Assembly: GCF_006345805.1 (NCBI RefSeq)
Contig: NC_043005.1
Span: 49,786,001 to 49,850,000, forward strand
DNA length: 64,000 nt
Direction: 5' to 3'
From: Octopus sinensis
Taxonomy: Eukaryota
A program made the translations under genes and the position numbers. Shown here in pieces: positions 1-13,170 of the stretch. The notes under the pieces are model-generated. The model made no database searches. It saw only the letters and a program-made list of their open reading frames with translations, and had not been told where the DNA came from. Numbering within the stretch: position 1 is the stretch's first letter; each line of letters starts with the position of its first letter.

Positions 1-610
1 GTTAGCAAGACAATGGAATGCATTGTCAGAAAAGGGCTGATCATGTTCCTAGAAGAAAACAACCTTCTCCAAAAACATGCAGCATGGCTTCCGTCCAAGG
101 AGGAGCTGCCTCACACAGTTGCAGCACTTTGACTAGGTACTGAAACAACAGCTAAACCAGTCAGCTGTAGATGTGATACACCTTGACTTTGCCAAGGCCT
201 TCGATAAGGTTGATCATGGCATATGTCACAAGCTGCGAAACCTTGGTACTACCAGGAAACTGGGAGAGTGACAGCATGATTTTTTTGAAGGGCAGGAGTC
301 AGACAGTTGTAGCCAATGGCACCCACTCTGAAGAGACACCAATTCTCAGCGGAGTCCCACAGGGAACTGTACTGGGGTCACTACTATTTGTGGTGGCCCT
401 CTCAGAAATGCTTTCCACAGTAGTCAGCCAATTTGACCAGTTATGTTAACGACACAAAATTATCATAGGCAGTTAAGAACCCAGAGGATATCATAAAACT
501 GCAGAAAAACCTGAATGAAATTTACAAATGGTCTAACAAATATAACATGCAGTTCAATGCTATGAAATTTCAGGCACTCCACTTTCGGTCCAATACCAGG
601 CTAAAATCAG
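1..610 (+). pseudogene. CR1/L2-group LINE reverse transcriptase fragment (frameshifted)
   Basis: Across frames it reads QHGFRPRRSCLTQL...LDFAKAFDKVDHG...SGVPQGTVLGSLLF...DTKL...KWSNKYNMQFN, which are RT domain motifs of CR1-type LINEs. Stops and frameshifts are present. Confidence 0.85.
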
Positions 611-1029
611 AATACACTGTCATAAATAAATATTAAGCATGATTACTAAGTATAGGCCACTGTCTTTCTAATTAAACTTCTTTTTTTTTTTTTACCTTCC
701 TTGGTGAAAGAAAACTTTAGTGATTAAACATCAGCAATCTGAATGCACATCCTCATCTAGATATTTGATAACAACCAGGAAAAAAAAACCCCAATTAATG
801 TCACAACATCAAGCCATGCATAAAGTGTTCATTAAACATCTATTTCAAGGACTGCATTTAAGCTCTGAGTTCAAATCTCACATGGTTCAATTTGTCTTTT
901 TGTCTATCCAGGGTTGCATTTAGGTATGAATAGACGCATGGGAAAAAGCAGTAAACATGTCCGTGGTTATTTTGGATAGTGTATTTTATGTTTATTACAT
1001 GTGGTCTACTTGTATCTTTTATTTTTTTT

Positions 1030-1410
1030 TTTACTTGTTTCAGTCACTGGACTATGGCCTTGCTAGGGCACTACCTTGAAGGATTTTTTCAAACGATTCA
1101 ACCCAAGGGCTAATTTTAGTTTTTAAAGTCTGACACTTACTCTATTGGTCTCTTTGGCAGAGCTTCTAAGTAACAGGGATGCAAACAAACCAACATCAGT
1201 TGTCAAGCAGTGGGTAAGTATGTGTGCACGTGGGAAGGGGGAACACAAACAAAAGGAAACACATACACACACATATGATGAGCTTCCACACAATTTCCAC
1301 CTACCACATTCACTAACAGCCTAGGCCTATAACAGAAGACACTGGCCCAAGATGCTACACAGTAGAATTGAACCTGAAACCATGTGGTTGCAAAGCAAGC
1401 TTCTTAACCA
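1030..1410 (-). mobile_element. tRNA-derived CORE-type SINE, family A (old, CpG-decayed copy)
   Basis: Matches the young family A copies (e.g. 47712-48129) in tail (ttacttgtttcagtc), body and head (gaacctgaaaccatgtggttg). Confidence 0.75.
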
Positions 1411-1838
1411 TGTAGCATTCAAATTACTCTGTCAAATGTAATATATATCTTCACATTGTTTGGAATCAATCATGCATTACCTCGTAGCCTTGAAATTTTG
1501 ATGTGATTTTTTTAATTTTTAGAATGACTTTGTAGGGCAGGTACAAAAGATCTTGTTCTGACTGGTTTTAACATACAACATGTAGAATATTTGGCCCAGT
1601 ATGGCTGGTTTAACCCTTTAACATTCAGATTACTCTATCCAAAGAAATGCTTATTTATTCAAACTGTTTTGAATGAAGCATGCATTACTTTGTAGCTTTG
1701 AAATTTCAATGATGTGATTGATTATTTTTAAAATGACATTGTAGGGTAGGCATGAAGAGGCTAAATTTGATTGGTTTGAATATGGAACAGGAAGGATATT
1801 TGGGTTGGATATGGACTATTTAAATGTTAACGGATTAA
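1408..1838. mobile_element. Two tandem piggyBac-type MITEs (family P1)
   Basis: TTAA at 1404-1407, 1610-1613 and about 1835-1838. Body matches 9454-9899 and 11581-11801. Confidence 0.75.
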
Positions 1839-2696
1839 CTACACATTGTTGTATGTTTATGTTATAGAGTAAACGCTCTTAAATATGTATGAGTAAATGA
1901 AATTTTGTAATAATACAGTCTCAGATTTCTGGTGTTGTTAGTTTTAATATTAATGAACATGTTTATAGTATTAAAAGATTATCTATTTTCCTTACAATGA
2001 AATAATTTTACATAAAACTTTTGAGATAACCACTAAACACAAGAGAATGAGCTCTGTGGTTGGTTTTAAACTGTGTGTCACTGACTATGCTGAGGAACAT
2101 AGCAATTGTAGTACTGAGATGGAATTTTTAGTGTTTGAAGAAGTCGTTAGCGACTGATAAGAAAAAAGAGAACAAAAGACACTCTTTAGAAAATTCCCAA
2201 AACAAAGCAGACCAAGTATTATACCATTTCTCACCTTAAGAACTTCAAAAACGATTTGTTCATTAGGTAAAGGCATGGCTATGAGGCTAACCAATGAGGC
2301 TGACCAATGCTTTGTGGGTGATCTTGGTGGATAAAAACTGTGTGTAAGCCCATTGTGTATGTGTGTGTATATAGGTTTATATATACATGTTAACATTAGT
2401 GTCTTATAAAGCTAGATTTATAAATCCTAAGATTGCAGAACAATTTGTCACTGGGCAGTTTAGCTTAAAAGTAAAGCACTTGACACATAATCACAAGGCA
2501 GTGAGTTTGAGTTTCATGGCTGGCTGCTGACAAATTTTTTTGCAATATATTGATAGTTTATCCTGTTCATGCATTATTAGCATTATCCTGCGTTTGAGAG
2601 TAAATTATTTCCTTATCTGTATCTTTCAATACATCTCAATGCTTCTAAAGCAAACTTTGTTTACTTTCATTGTAAGTTGAATTTATATATATATAA

Positions 2697-3095
2697 TCAT
2701 CATTTAACATTTGTTGTCCACGGTGGCATGGGATGGATGGTTTGACCAGGGCTGGCAAGCTGGAAGGCTGCACTAGACCCCAGTCTGATTTGGCATGGTC
2801 TCTATAGCTGGATGCTTTTCCTAATGCAAAACCACTCCGAGAGTGTAACGGGTGCTTTTTATGTGCTACTGGCAGGGGTGTCATTTGTGTAACACCAGTA
2901 TCTGCCACATCTGTAATTTTATTTGGCTAGATGGGTCTTCTTCTCAAGTATGGCATAATGCCAAAAGTGTTGGTCATTCATCATTGCCTCTATGAGGCCC
3001 AACACTCGAAAGCTGCTTTTCCTGTGCCACTAGCATCGGCCACTTTGCCTGCATGAGGTCCAGCGCTCAAAAGGTGCTTTTTACATGCCACAAGC
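2697..3095 (-). mobile_element. RTE-type LINE 3' UTR/tail fragment
   Basis: Starts with an (ATC)n tail on the plus strand. The ctggatgc(c/t)ttcctaa..aaccactccgagagtgt motif recurs at about 15.0, 42.7, 46.2, 50.9, 55.6 and 59.3 kb, and at 51.4 kb it joins RTE coding sequence. Confidence 0.7.
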
Positions 3096-4479
3096 ATGGG
3101 CGTGAACGTGTGTGTGTGTGTGTGTGTACAAGTATCTCTGTATTTGTGTTTGTTCCCCACATCCAATGCTTGACAAACAGTGTTGGTTTGGTCACATCTC
3201 TGTAACTTAGCATCTCAGCAAAAGAGCCCGACAGAATAAGTACCACACTTAAAAAAAGACAAGTAACAGGGTTGATTTGTTCAACTAAACCCTTCAATGC
3301 AATACCCGAGTCTGAATGACTGAAACAAGTGAAAAATAAAGATTTGTATATTAAACCACATTCGAATGAACAACTAACATGTATGGCAGAACAAGAGCAT
3401 TACAGCTTTCCATGGATTCAAAATACAATATCACACAGAAAAATTCCATGAATCAGTAGATTGGTGTATAAGGTCCATGAACTGATGTGAATTGACTCAT
3501 AATGCCCAAAGTTCAATGTGGACGATAAAGTTTTCATAAGTCTGTAATTTTTATTTTATTTTATTTTATCTAGTTTCAGCTCACGAGCTGTGGCCATGCT
3601 GGGGCACCGCCATTTAAAGGATGAAAGGCCAAAGTCGACCTCTGGCGGAATTTATTAACAATTGGGCATATAAATGAAACCCTAATGTTTTTTTGATAGG
3701 TCAGATAATACCACTGTAGACTTTACAGGACATCACACTGTTAGAATCAAAACCACAGGCCACATGAGACATCTCACAGTAGTTGTTTTAATTTGCTCAG
3801 TCCTCTGTTGTCAAGCAGTTGTAGGTAAGATAAAGTTCTCTGCATAGTCTTGTGGCTTGCTGTTGGCAAGTGCTATATTGTTGGAATTTATGCACATGTG
3901 TTTTTGAAATACATCAAGACCTGTCTGCTTTACATAATTGCTCAGCCTTTCAGTTTCCCCAGTATAAAGAAGTAGATCAGACCATTGCAGTTCTTCTTAG
4001 TATATTGTTGATATTTAACTTACCCATTGGGGAGCTTCCAAACAGGTGTTTTACATCAGAAGACTACATCTTATATATTTTACTTTCTTTCAGTCACTGT
4101 GGGGTCTAGTTAAGCAAATCAACCATAGTACTTAATTTTAAGTCTTGTAATTATTCTATTAAGACATTTTGCAGAACTACTAAGTTACAAAGATTGGAAC
4201 AAACCAACACCAGTTGTCAAGTAGTTGTAGGGAAGGTCAAACCCACATCACACACACACACACACACATAAACATTTAGAATATATATTTATATATATAT
4301 ATACATACACAACAAGCTTTTTCAGTTTCTGTCTACCGAATCCACTCACAAGGCTTAGGTCAACACAAGGCTATAGTAAAAGACATTTGAACCAGAACCA
4401 TGTGATTGGGAAGCAAGCTTCTTACCACACAGCCACATCTGCGCACAAACACACATAAATATATATGTGTAGAAGCCTG

Positions 4480-4533
<54 letters not shown>

Positions 4534-6574
4534 CAGGCTTCTACACAAACTTCAGCAACCTATATTCACTTACAAGGCATTTGTCTGAGGTGCAGCAGAG
4601 CAGTACTGAACCTGAAGTCACATGGTTGTAAATGTGAACTTCTTAACCACATCTATAATTAAAATACGTAAGAGATATTTTGTACTTCTCAAGATAACTG
4701 GAGTGTTAGCTATATTTCAAAGGTATGTGATGACATGAATGCAATACAGTATTTCTTGTGATCGAATTTCATAAGATGTGTTGTTGCATATGATTACACT
4801 AATTAACTATTGCTGTTACATGAGATTGAATAAATAAAATACAATTATTAGATATAAAGAATTAAGAGATCATTAACATGGATTTATTGTAAGAGCTACC
4901 AACAGATTTGTTTGACCATTGTCATTGGCAAGTTCAATGACCAGGTAGAGCGGGTTCCTAATCATTTTTTTAATTTGTGGTGCACTGGAGTTTAAGTAAA
5001 AGACTGCTGGTACATTTCACATGAAGAGTTAAAAAAGAACTGCTCTAAGGTTAAAAATTATGAAAAAAATACCTGTAAACTATTGTGTACATAATAAAAT
5101 TATAAACAGCTGGATTTTCAAGATACTCGTAGGTTTTCTTGAGCCTTGAATCATCATCATCATAATTTTAATGTCTACTTTTCTATGCTTACATGATGAG
5201 AGTATGTTGGGGCATAGTTTTTCTATGGCTGAATGTTCTCACAGTCCCCAACCTAGCCTGGTTTCCAAGTGGGGTAACAATCTCCCAGCTTATCAAATAA
5301 CAAACAGCCTGGTGAAGCCATACTTGACAAACCAGCAAAATGTAAGTGTAATACAAGCTCACACATAGATACAGACAAACTTGCACACACACACACACAC
5401 ACACACAATGAGATTCTTTCAGTTTCTGTCAACTACATTCATTCACAAGGCTTTAGCAGAAAACACATGCCCAAGGTGCCACACTGTGGGACTAAATTTT
5501 AAAGCATACATGGCCAGGAGAAGCGAACTTGTTAACCACACAACTATACCTAAGTCTTCAGTTATGTAGTTTAAATATTTGCAGTGCACCTAGATACCAC
5601 TTGTGGTACGGTTATTTCAGGGCCACAAATGTAGAAAGTCCCTTATTAACTAAAAGCTGATACAGTTGTAGGAGAGGATCAAAAACAAACCATGGAAAGC
5701 ATTGGGCCTCTGTTCTTGTGTACAGCAGATATCTATGTCTTGCAGACATTCAAAAGGACAGGCAATAGTATTAGAATACAATGGTGGACTGCATAAAAAA
5801 TATCATATATGATGCTACCCAACTCCGTATCTTAAGTGATCCTATATCAGTCCCAGGTGGACTATGATAAAAAGTATTCCAGCTGCGATTATCAAATTTT
5901 CTAGCAATCTATCTAAGACTACAACATCTAATGTTAAGCTGATAACATGTGATACAAGAGAAATCTGTCTGCTATTCCTAGTACGTTGGGTGACCAACTA
6001 AAGTAGCTTTTTCACTACAAAGGGATCCTTTTTCTCAACAAGTTTTCCTCTTGGACTACAGGTTTTTGAAAGGTATATCTCCTCAATTAATTTTGAACTT
6101 ATGGGGCTCCAGTAATTTTCTTGTGAACCGTAAAAGATACATGGATCCAGATTAGGAATCACTGAATTAGAGGCTCTAAGGCTCTAATCAATTGTTTTGT
6201 CAGACAGTAGAACTGATACTTTGACTGTTCATAACTAAAGGAATTCAACACAGGAAAAATTAAATTCAGAACATGAAAAACACTCATCAGTTTTAGTATT
6301 GCTATTGCATGTTTTCTTACAAAATCGTACATCTGTTGACTGCTAGGTTCATGGGACTATTTCAGAGATAAGTTTCTGTACTATGAACATAGTGAAGAAA
6401 TAATGTTAAGGATATAAAAATCCACACATAGCTCAGGACTAAATGGATTTAACTATACATACTCTCCTACACTTAATACAAATATAAGCCCTGTGTTTAA
6501 AGAAACATCATTGTCATGGTCATCATGATCAATAATCATTTTAAATTCAGGCTACAGCAGTTCATAAAGGAGGC

Positions 6575-6850
6575 ATATAGACTGATGTTTAGTGTGTTGC
6601 ACTCACAATAGCATGACTGTGGTTTCGATCCCTGGACCAAGCAGTGTGTTGTGTTCAAGGGCAAAACGCTTGGTTTCGTTCCAGTCCACTCAGCTGTAAA
6701 TGAGTATCCCTGTGATGAACTGGTATCCCATCCATGGGGAATGTTGTGATCATAGTCACTTATACACCATGGAAACTGGTTAACTGGCCCTTTGAGTTCT
6801 AAGACTTGAGACAGTTATGTCTAGGTGATGATGATGATGATGATGTAAAG
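6575..6850 (+). mobile_element. tRNA-derived SINE, family B (degenerate)
   Basis: B-box GGTTTCGATCCC and gttccagtccactcagctg core shared with 33321-33625 and 56421-56662. Confidence 0.65.
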
Positions 6851-7327
6851 CTGTTTTTAGGAATAAGACAAATAGACACCTGAACAAAATGATGCCAAAC
6901 ACTATATTTTGGTGAATCTAAGTCTGTATTCTGTTGGCATTTTTTGTTCTATTGTGAAGTAAGTTAAAATTGATTTTGTACAAAATAAATAGATAGAAGA
7001 GTGGGCAAAGATGAAAACTAGATATAATGGGCAATAGCATCAAAAGTGAGCAGGCATGGCAGTGTTAACAGCTCAATTCCACTGCATATTGACCGATGAC
7101 TTGTAAATGGAATCTGGGAGATGGAAATTGTGCACAGAGAGAGAGGCACAGGTGATAATGCTTTCTCCAAAATTTCAAAACCTGAAAACTTCCAGAGTCT
7201 GGAGTAGATGGGAACTTCTGGGAAATTTTTTTTTTTTCTGAAAGTACTCAAAAGCTGTCCCCCCCACCCCACCTTTTTTAAACAAAGGTGGAATAGGTGA
7301 GGATAACAGCAGATATGTAAAAAGTGA

Positions 7328-7697
7328 AGGCGCAGAAGTGGCTGTGTGGTAAGTAGCTTGCTTACCAACCACATGGTTCCGGGTTCAGTCCCACTGCGTG
7401 GCATCTTGGTCAAGTGTCTTCTGCTATAGCCTTGGGCCGACCAATGCCTTGTGAGTGGATTTGGTAGACGGAAACTGAAAGAAGCCTGTCGTATATATGT
7501 ATGTGTGTGTATGCTTGACAACCGATGCTGGTGTGTTTACGTCCCCGTCACTTAGTGGTTCGGCAAAAGAGACCGATAGAATAAGTACTGGGCTTACAAA
7601 GAATAAGTCCCGGGGTCGATTTGCTCGATTAAAGGCGGTGCTCCAGCATGGCCACAGTCAAATGACTGAAACAAGTAAAAGAGTAAAGAGTAAAGAG
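7328..7697 (+). mobile_element. tRNA-derived CORE-type SINE, family A (young)
   Basis: A-box-like TGGCTGTGTGGTAAG, B-box-like GGGTTCAGTCCC, CORE-like ggcatcttggtcaagtgtcttct, internal microsatellite and (GTAAAAGA)n-type tail. Confidence 0.9.
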
Positions 7698-7713
7698 ATA
7701 TGCAAATATTTAA

Positions 7714-7929
7714 CCCTCTTAGGACAGCTAGGCTGATTGATCGGCCCAAGTGATACAAGCTGAAAGGACTCTTAGGCCGATCCATTGGCCTGATTGAACA
7801 AATGTTGTGAATGGTTGGTTTTGAAGTAATAGCCAACCAGAGATCATCTTTCAGTAGACGTATCTCAATAGAAAAAAAATTTTGGTCTTTTTGGCTACAC
7901 ATGCCAAAGCACCATGTGTCTCAAAAGGG
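7714..7929. mobile_element. piggyBac-type MITE, second family (P2)
   Basis: TTAA|CCCTCTTAGGAC ... GTCTCAAAAGGG|TTAA, i.e. CCC/GGG termini with a TTAA duplication. Interior is unrelated to P1. Confidence 0.6.
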
Positions 7930-8674
7930 TTAATATGTTTGACAAGCTGCGAAGGAAGTGCAACAAACCCACAGATGGAACCCAGTGTATCTCTAAAATA
8001 CTGCCGATTGAATTACATAGTGCCATCCTACACATGTAGTTAGAGACTTGTTTCAGTCATTTGACTGTGGCCATGCTGGCATCTTAGGCAAGTGTCTTCT
8101 ACTATAGCTTTGGGCCAACCAAAGCCTTGTGAGTGGATTTGGTAGGATTTGGTAGTGAGTGGATTTGGTAGAAACTGAAAGTAGCTCATCATAAACATAA
8201 ATATATATGTGTGTGCATGTGTGTGTGTGTGTGTATGTCTTTGTATCGGTGTTTGTCCCCGTACCATCACTTGACAATCTATGTTGGTGTGTTTATGTCT
8301 CTGTAATTTAGTGGTTTGGCAAAAAAGACCGATAGAATAAGTACTAAGCTTACAAAAAATAAGTCTTGGGATCAATTTCCTTGTCTAAAGAACCCTTTAA
8401 GGCAGTACTACAGCATGGCCACAGTCAAATGACTGAAACGAGTAAGAGAAAGTAAAAGAATATTCATTTGAATTAATCATGCATCTTATTTTGATGAGTG
8501 ATTGTTTATTTTTAGAATGATATTTTAGGGTAGGTGTGAGAGGCTGGATCTGGCCAGTTTAGACATGTAGAATATTTAGGGCGGATTTGTTTGGTTAACA
8601 TGCTAAAGGGTCAAACCTGGTAAAACCCATCCCTTCCTCCATCTGAACATAACCAAATTCTCCTTCTTCTTCTT

Positions 8675-8866
8675 AGAGAGAGAGAGGGGAGAGAGAGAGA
8701 GGAGAGAGAGAGGGGAGAGAGAGAGAGGAGAGGGGAGAGAGGGGAGAGAGAGGAGAGAGAGAGGGGAGAGAGAGAGGGGAGAGAGAGAGGAGAGAGGGGA
8801 GAGAAAGAGGAGAGAGAGAGAGGGGAGAGAGAGAGAGGGGGGAGAGAGAGAGGAGAGAGAGAGAGT
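8675..8866. repeat. (GA)n/(GGAGA)n purine microsatellite
   Basis: Directly visible. Confidence 0.95.
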
Positions 8867-9021
8867 GTAGGAACTCCAATAGTGGACTAGTACTTTATTT
8901 ATTGACCTTGAAATAATAAAATGCAAAGCTGACCGTTGCAGGATTTGAACTCAGCATGCAGGAATTCTGCAAAGCATTCCATCTAATACTCTAACCACTC
9001 AGTCAATTTTCTGTCCATAAG

Positions 9022-9128
9022 ATGCTTACAGTACCTAAGTTTCCCAAGCAGTCACTCATTTAAGTAGCTACAATGCTCAATGTTGCCCTATTTTAGTCAT
9101 TGGACATGAACTAGTGTTTACAACATAC
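9022..9128 (-). pseudogene. 5S rRNA pseudogene (5'-truncated, CpG-decayed)
   Basis: The reverse complement atgttgtaaacactagttcatgtccaatgactaaaatagggcaacattgagcattgtagctacttaaatgagtgactgcttgggaaacttaggtactgtaagca is collinear with metazoan 5S rRNA (...GTTAGTACTTGGATGGGTGACCGCCTGGGAATACCAGGTGCTGTAGGC). Many differences are CG>TG/CA. Confidence 0.8.
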
Positions 9129-9453
9129 ACAAACATCAAATTGAAGTAAGGACACCATACTGCGTTGTACATTTCTAGAAGAACCTATCCTGTTAGTGCT
9201 AAATAATTAACCAATTGTCTTTTTGGACATAAAATAGTACAGCTACGATAGTATAGACAAATCATGTTCGATATTTCAAAAATAACCTACCCTGATAAAT
9301 TATCTTCATGAACATAAAACAGTACAGTTAAAATAGCAGAAACAATATATATATATATAGTATGTAAGACAGAGATGATACAGCAAACAGTCTAATCTAA
9401 TCAGTAATGTGGACACCTGGTAAGCAACAAATAAGTCCCACCAGCCACTTTAA

Positions 9454-9899
9454 CCTTTCGGCATTCCGATTATTATGTCAAATGTAAGGCTTATTTATTC
9501 ACATTATTTTGAATTAATCATACGCTATCTTGCACCTTTGAGATTTCAATGATGTGATTGTTTATTTTTAGAATGATAGTGTAGGGTAGGTGTGAGATGC
9601 CAGATCTAGCTGGTTTTAACATAAAGCATGTATGATATTTAAGCCAGACACAGCCAGTTTAAATGCTACAGGGTTAACCCTTTAGCATTCAGATTACTCT
9701 GTCAAATGTAATGCTTATTTATTCAGATTGCTTTGACTTAATCATGCATTATCTCATAGCTCTGGGATTCCAATGTGATCATTTATTTTTAGAATGACAC
9801 TGTAGGTTAGGTGTGGTGTGAGAGGTCAAATATGGCTGATTTGAACATGAAACAAGTAGAATGTTACAGCCAAATATGGCTGATGTAAATACTAAAGAG
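9454..9899. mobile_element. Two head-to-tail piggyBac-type MITEs (P1) sharing one TTAA
   Basis: TTAA at 9450-9453, 9674-9677 and 9900-9903. TIR is CCCTTTAGCATT / AATGCTAAAGGG. Confidence 0.85.
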
Positions 9900-9979
9900 T
9901 TAAACCGCATACCGTTGCAATTTTGCTGTTTTTAATTAATGATTTAATTAATGATCTAACATCATAAGCAAAATAGATA

Positions 9980-10150
9980 ACCTTAAAGTTCTTTGAATGA
10001 GAAAGTGCTACAAAAAGAAAACTTCAGATAGCACATGGGAAACTTCCAAGAGATGTACAACTGTTGCAAGCGCTAACCCTTATTCACCCTGGTTTGGATC
10101 AAGTCCAACCCATTGAAATTGGTGCCAGTTAATTGTCAGCAGCTGTCATA
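9980..10150 (-). pseudogene. Possible degraded piggyBac-like transposase fragment
   Basis: Minus frame reads ...DPNQGE*GLALATVVHLLEVSHVLSEVFFL*HFLIQ, loosely like the piggyBac region before the YFDNFF motif. Weak, judged by eye. Confidence 0.25.
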
Positions 10151-10970
10151 ACAACACCTTTGTACATGCATTACTTATGCGTTTTGTATTCCACTCAGTG
10201 TTGAAAATGTCAATAAAGACTAGATATCACTATAGGTAATACAGAAAGCATTTTATGTCTATTGATACTATAAAAAGTGAAGCTGTTCTAAAAAATCTTA
10301 GTGGTGTAAGTGTAAAACGTCTGACTGGAGTGTTTCATGTTGGAACAATCACTATACAATCTTAAGAAACTCTACAAAACTTTTTAAGTTCTATACTGAA
10401 AATAATGGATGTAAGTTAATGAAAAATAAATAAACATTGCATAGAGCAAAGACTCGAAATTGTGATCATGAGTTAATGGAGTAAATTTGTTAACTTAGAG
10501 AAAGATTAAAGTGGTATGGAGTTATGAGAAAACAAGAAATCATGGCAGGGTATAAAATGAAAGAGATTACCATGACAATAACCCTAGCTAGCAAGACCAG
10601 TGTTACTTGAATCATCTAATTCCATTTCCATCTAAGTGTAACATGACTAGCATCATTACTTGTGTGTATGTATACAAAATTATTGATTTAATATCATAAT
10701 TAGTGGTCTAATATCATAAATAGGTAGAATAGATAAGGTATTGAATTACACACGCATATGTTTTGAGGTTAAATCAATTGTATCTTATTGTTTCTGGAAT
10801 CAGCCAAAAAACAAACTTAATTCACTGAATCAGTACACTAGTAGAAACGGGTTATATAGCAATGGTAAGAACAGAGATACAGCAGCTGTCATGTACTGAC
10901 ATTCCATTAGAGAGCTACAATGTGATGCTGCTATAGATTACATCTTTAAAAAGGTTTTTTTTTAACTTAC

Positions 10971-11080
10971 ATTCACATCGCATAATATGGTTGTAGTAAC
11001 AATTGACAAAGAACATGACAGAAAAGTCACAGCTGGAATATCTTTGCTTAAAAGTTTGCTTAATTAGGGCTGATATGAGG
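10971..11080 (-). CDS. Candidate internal exon of the left minus-strand gene
   Basis: Acceptor tgttcttgtttag, donor GTAAGT, 110 nt. Only one frame is open (phase 2 to phase 1): LISALIKQTFKQRYSSCDFSVMFFVNCYYNHIMRCE. Confidence 0.3.
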
Positions 11081-11580
11081 CTAAACAAGAACAGGTACAC
11101 AGTGCAGAAAGTACATGCCCAGAATGTCACACTACCTCCAACATAATTTTCTATGATATATTAGTGTGTAGTATGGTCCTCAACTATAGAGAAGCATAGC
11201 ACATCTGGAACATATGTGGGTCGTATCTAGTTTGTTCAGTTAATTTATTGACAGGTCAAAAGACCATGCAATCTGAGCTGCCTAGGAGCAATACAACAAA
11301 AACCAAGGTAAAACAGCTCACAGTGATATAAAACCAGAGAGTCAGCTTAATAAACTTAAAGATTTAAAAACCTTTATCTAAAATGTTTGAGTGGAAGTAT
11401 CTTGAATTTAGGATTATATATTTGCATTTATAAAATGGCTCAGTTTAAGGGTTAAACATATCTATTTACATACAGCTGATACAAAGTGAAGACAGTTTTA
11501 TATAATATTCATATACTATAGAGTGAAGTTATCAAATTTTTTAGTCTAGGCATGTTCATTCAAAGCTGAACTGAGATTAA

Positions 11581-11801
11581 CCCTTTAGCATTCAAACCGG
11601 CCATATCCGGCCAAAAGTATTCTGCCTGTTTTATGTTTAAACTGGCCAGATCTGGTCTCTCACACCAACCCTACAATATCATTTTAAAAATTAACAGCTA
11701 CCTCATCAAAATCTCATAGCTACAAAATAATGCATGATTAATTCAAAACAGAGTGGATGAAGAAGCATTAACTTTGGTAGAATAATGCGAACACTAAAGG
11801 A
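11581..11801. mobile_element. piggyBac-type MITE (P1), opposite orientation
   Basis: TTAA|CCCTTTAGCATTC ... CACTAAAGGA|TTAA. It is the reverse complement of 9678-9899. Confidence 0.85.
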
Positions 11802-12668
11802 TTAAACAAGAAAGGAACCTTCATACAGGATCCCTATGATCAATTATGATACCAGATCAAGTGGCCAACAATGTTCTGAAGTTCCATGCTTAAATGGATA
11901 CAGTAACAAATAAACCATTTCAACTTACTGTTCCACAGAAAAAAGAAGAAAAAAACTGCAAATGAGTCATCAACAGCAGTTGCCAAAATTCTTCTCATTA
12001 GTCTTAATTAAAACGAAGGTCTTCAAGCTAACAGGTTTATAAAACTGTTAACTACCAAACTATTTGATATAGCTCTTTGTTCCTAGATGTTAATGGACCA
12101 GAAACTGTTTTAAATACATTGTCAAAAGAATATAAATTCAAATTCAATAAAACTTTAAATAAAAATGTATACCAGGATAACAATAAGCACCACACAGTAC
12201 ACTCAGTTACCGCCAAATAGTTACACAGCAAATAGATGGAATACTAATGTAACACCAGAAATGAAATATATCTCAAAGCAAAATTGGTGTAGTGTATATA
12301 CAGACAATTCAACTCCTCAAAAGACAATACTACACACAAAGGTACAGAAGAAACTTGAACGAAATTGTCAAAGACCTGATGTTTCTAACATAGTAATAAG
12401 GCTTAAAACTTTTGGAGAAGATGTCAGGTATTTATATTGGTCCCAAGACACTTTGTTTCACGTTGTTCCAGTACACTCAATTGTAGAAATGAGTTGTGAC
12501 AACAGTAGTGCCAAGCTGTATGGCCTTTGCCTCCCCCTTGGATAACATCAATGGCATGGAGAATGGAGGCTGGTATTCATATGGATGACTGCTGGTCTTC
12601 CATAAACAACCTTGCCCAGACTTTATATACAATATATATATGTGTGTGTGTGTGTGTGTAATATATAA

Positions 12669-12710
<42 letters not shown>

Positions 12711-12789
12711 ATATATGAACATATATATGTGTATATATGTATATTTATCTATGAATATATGTAAGTGTATATATGAACATATGTATATA

Positions 12790-13170
12790 TATGTGACTGT
12801 GTGGTAAGTAGCTTGCTTATCAACCACATGGCTCCAGGTTCAGTTTCACTGGGTGGCACCTTAGGCAAGCGTCTTCTGCTATAGCCTCAGGCCGACTAAA
12901 GCCTTGTGAGTGGATTTGGTAGATGGAAACTGAAAGTAGCCCGTCATATGTGTGTGTGTGCTTGTGTGCATCTGTGTTTGTCCCCCCATCATTGCTTGAC
13001 AACCAATGCTGGCATATTTATGACCCTGTAACTTAACAGTTCGGCAAAACAGCCCAATAGAATAAGTACTAGACTTACAAAGAATAAGTCCTGGGGTCGA
13101 TTTGTTCGACTAAAAGCAGTGCTCCAGCATGGCTACAGTCAAATGACTGAAACAAATAAAAGAATATGTA
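12790..13170 (+). mobile_element. SINE family A
   Basis: Head, core and tail are collinear with the young copies. Confidence 0.8.

Noticed and set aside
7018-7521. Recurrent ORF ..RRASFSFRLPNPLTRHWSARGYSRRHLPK.. (also at 14.4, 31.3, 47.7 and 58.6 kb)
   Set aside because: It is the antisense translation of SINE family A, not a gene family.
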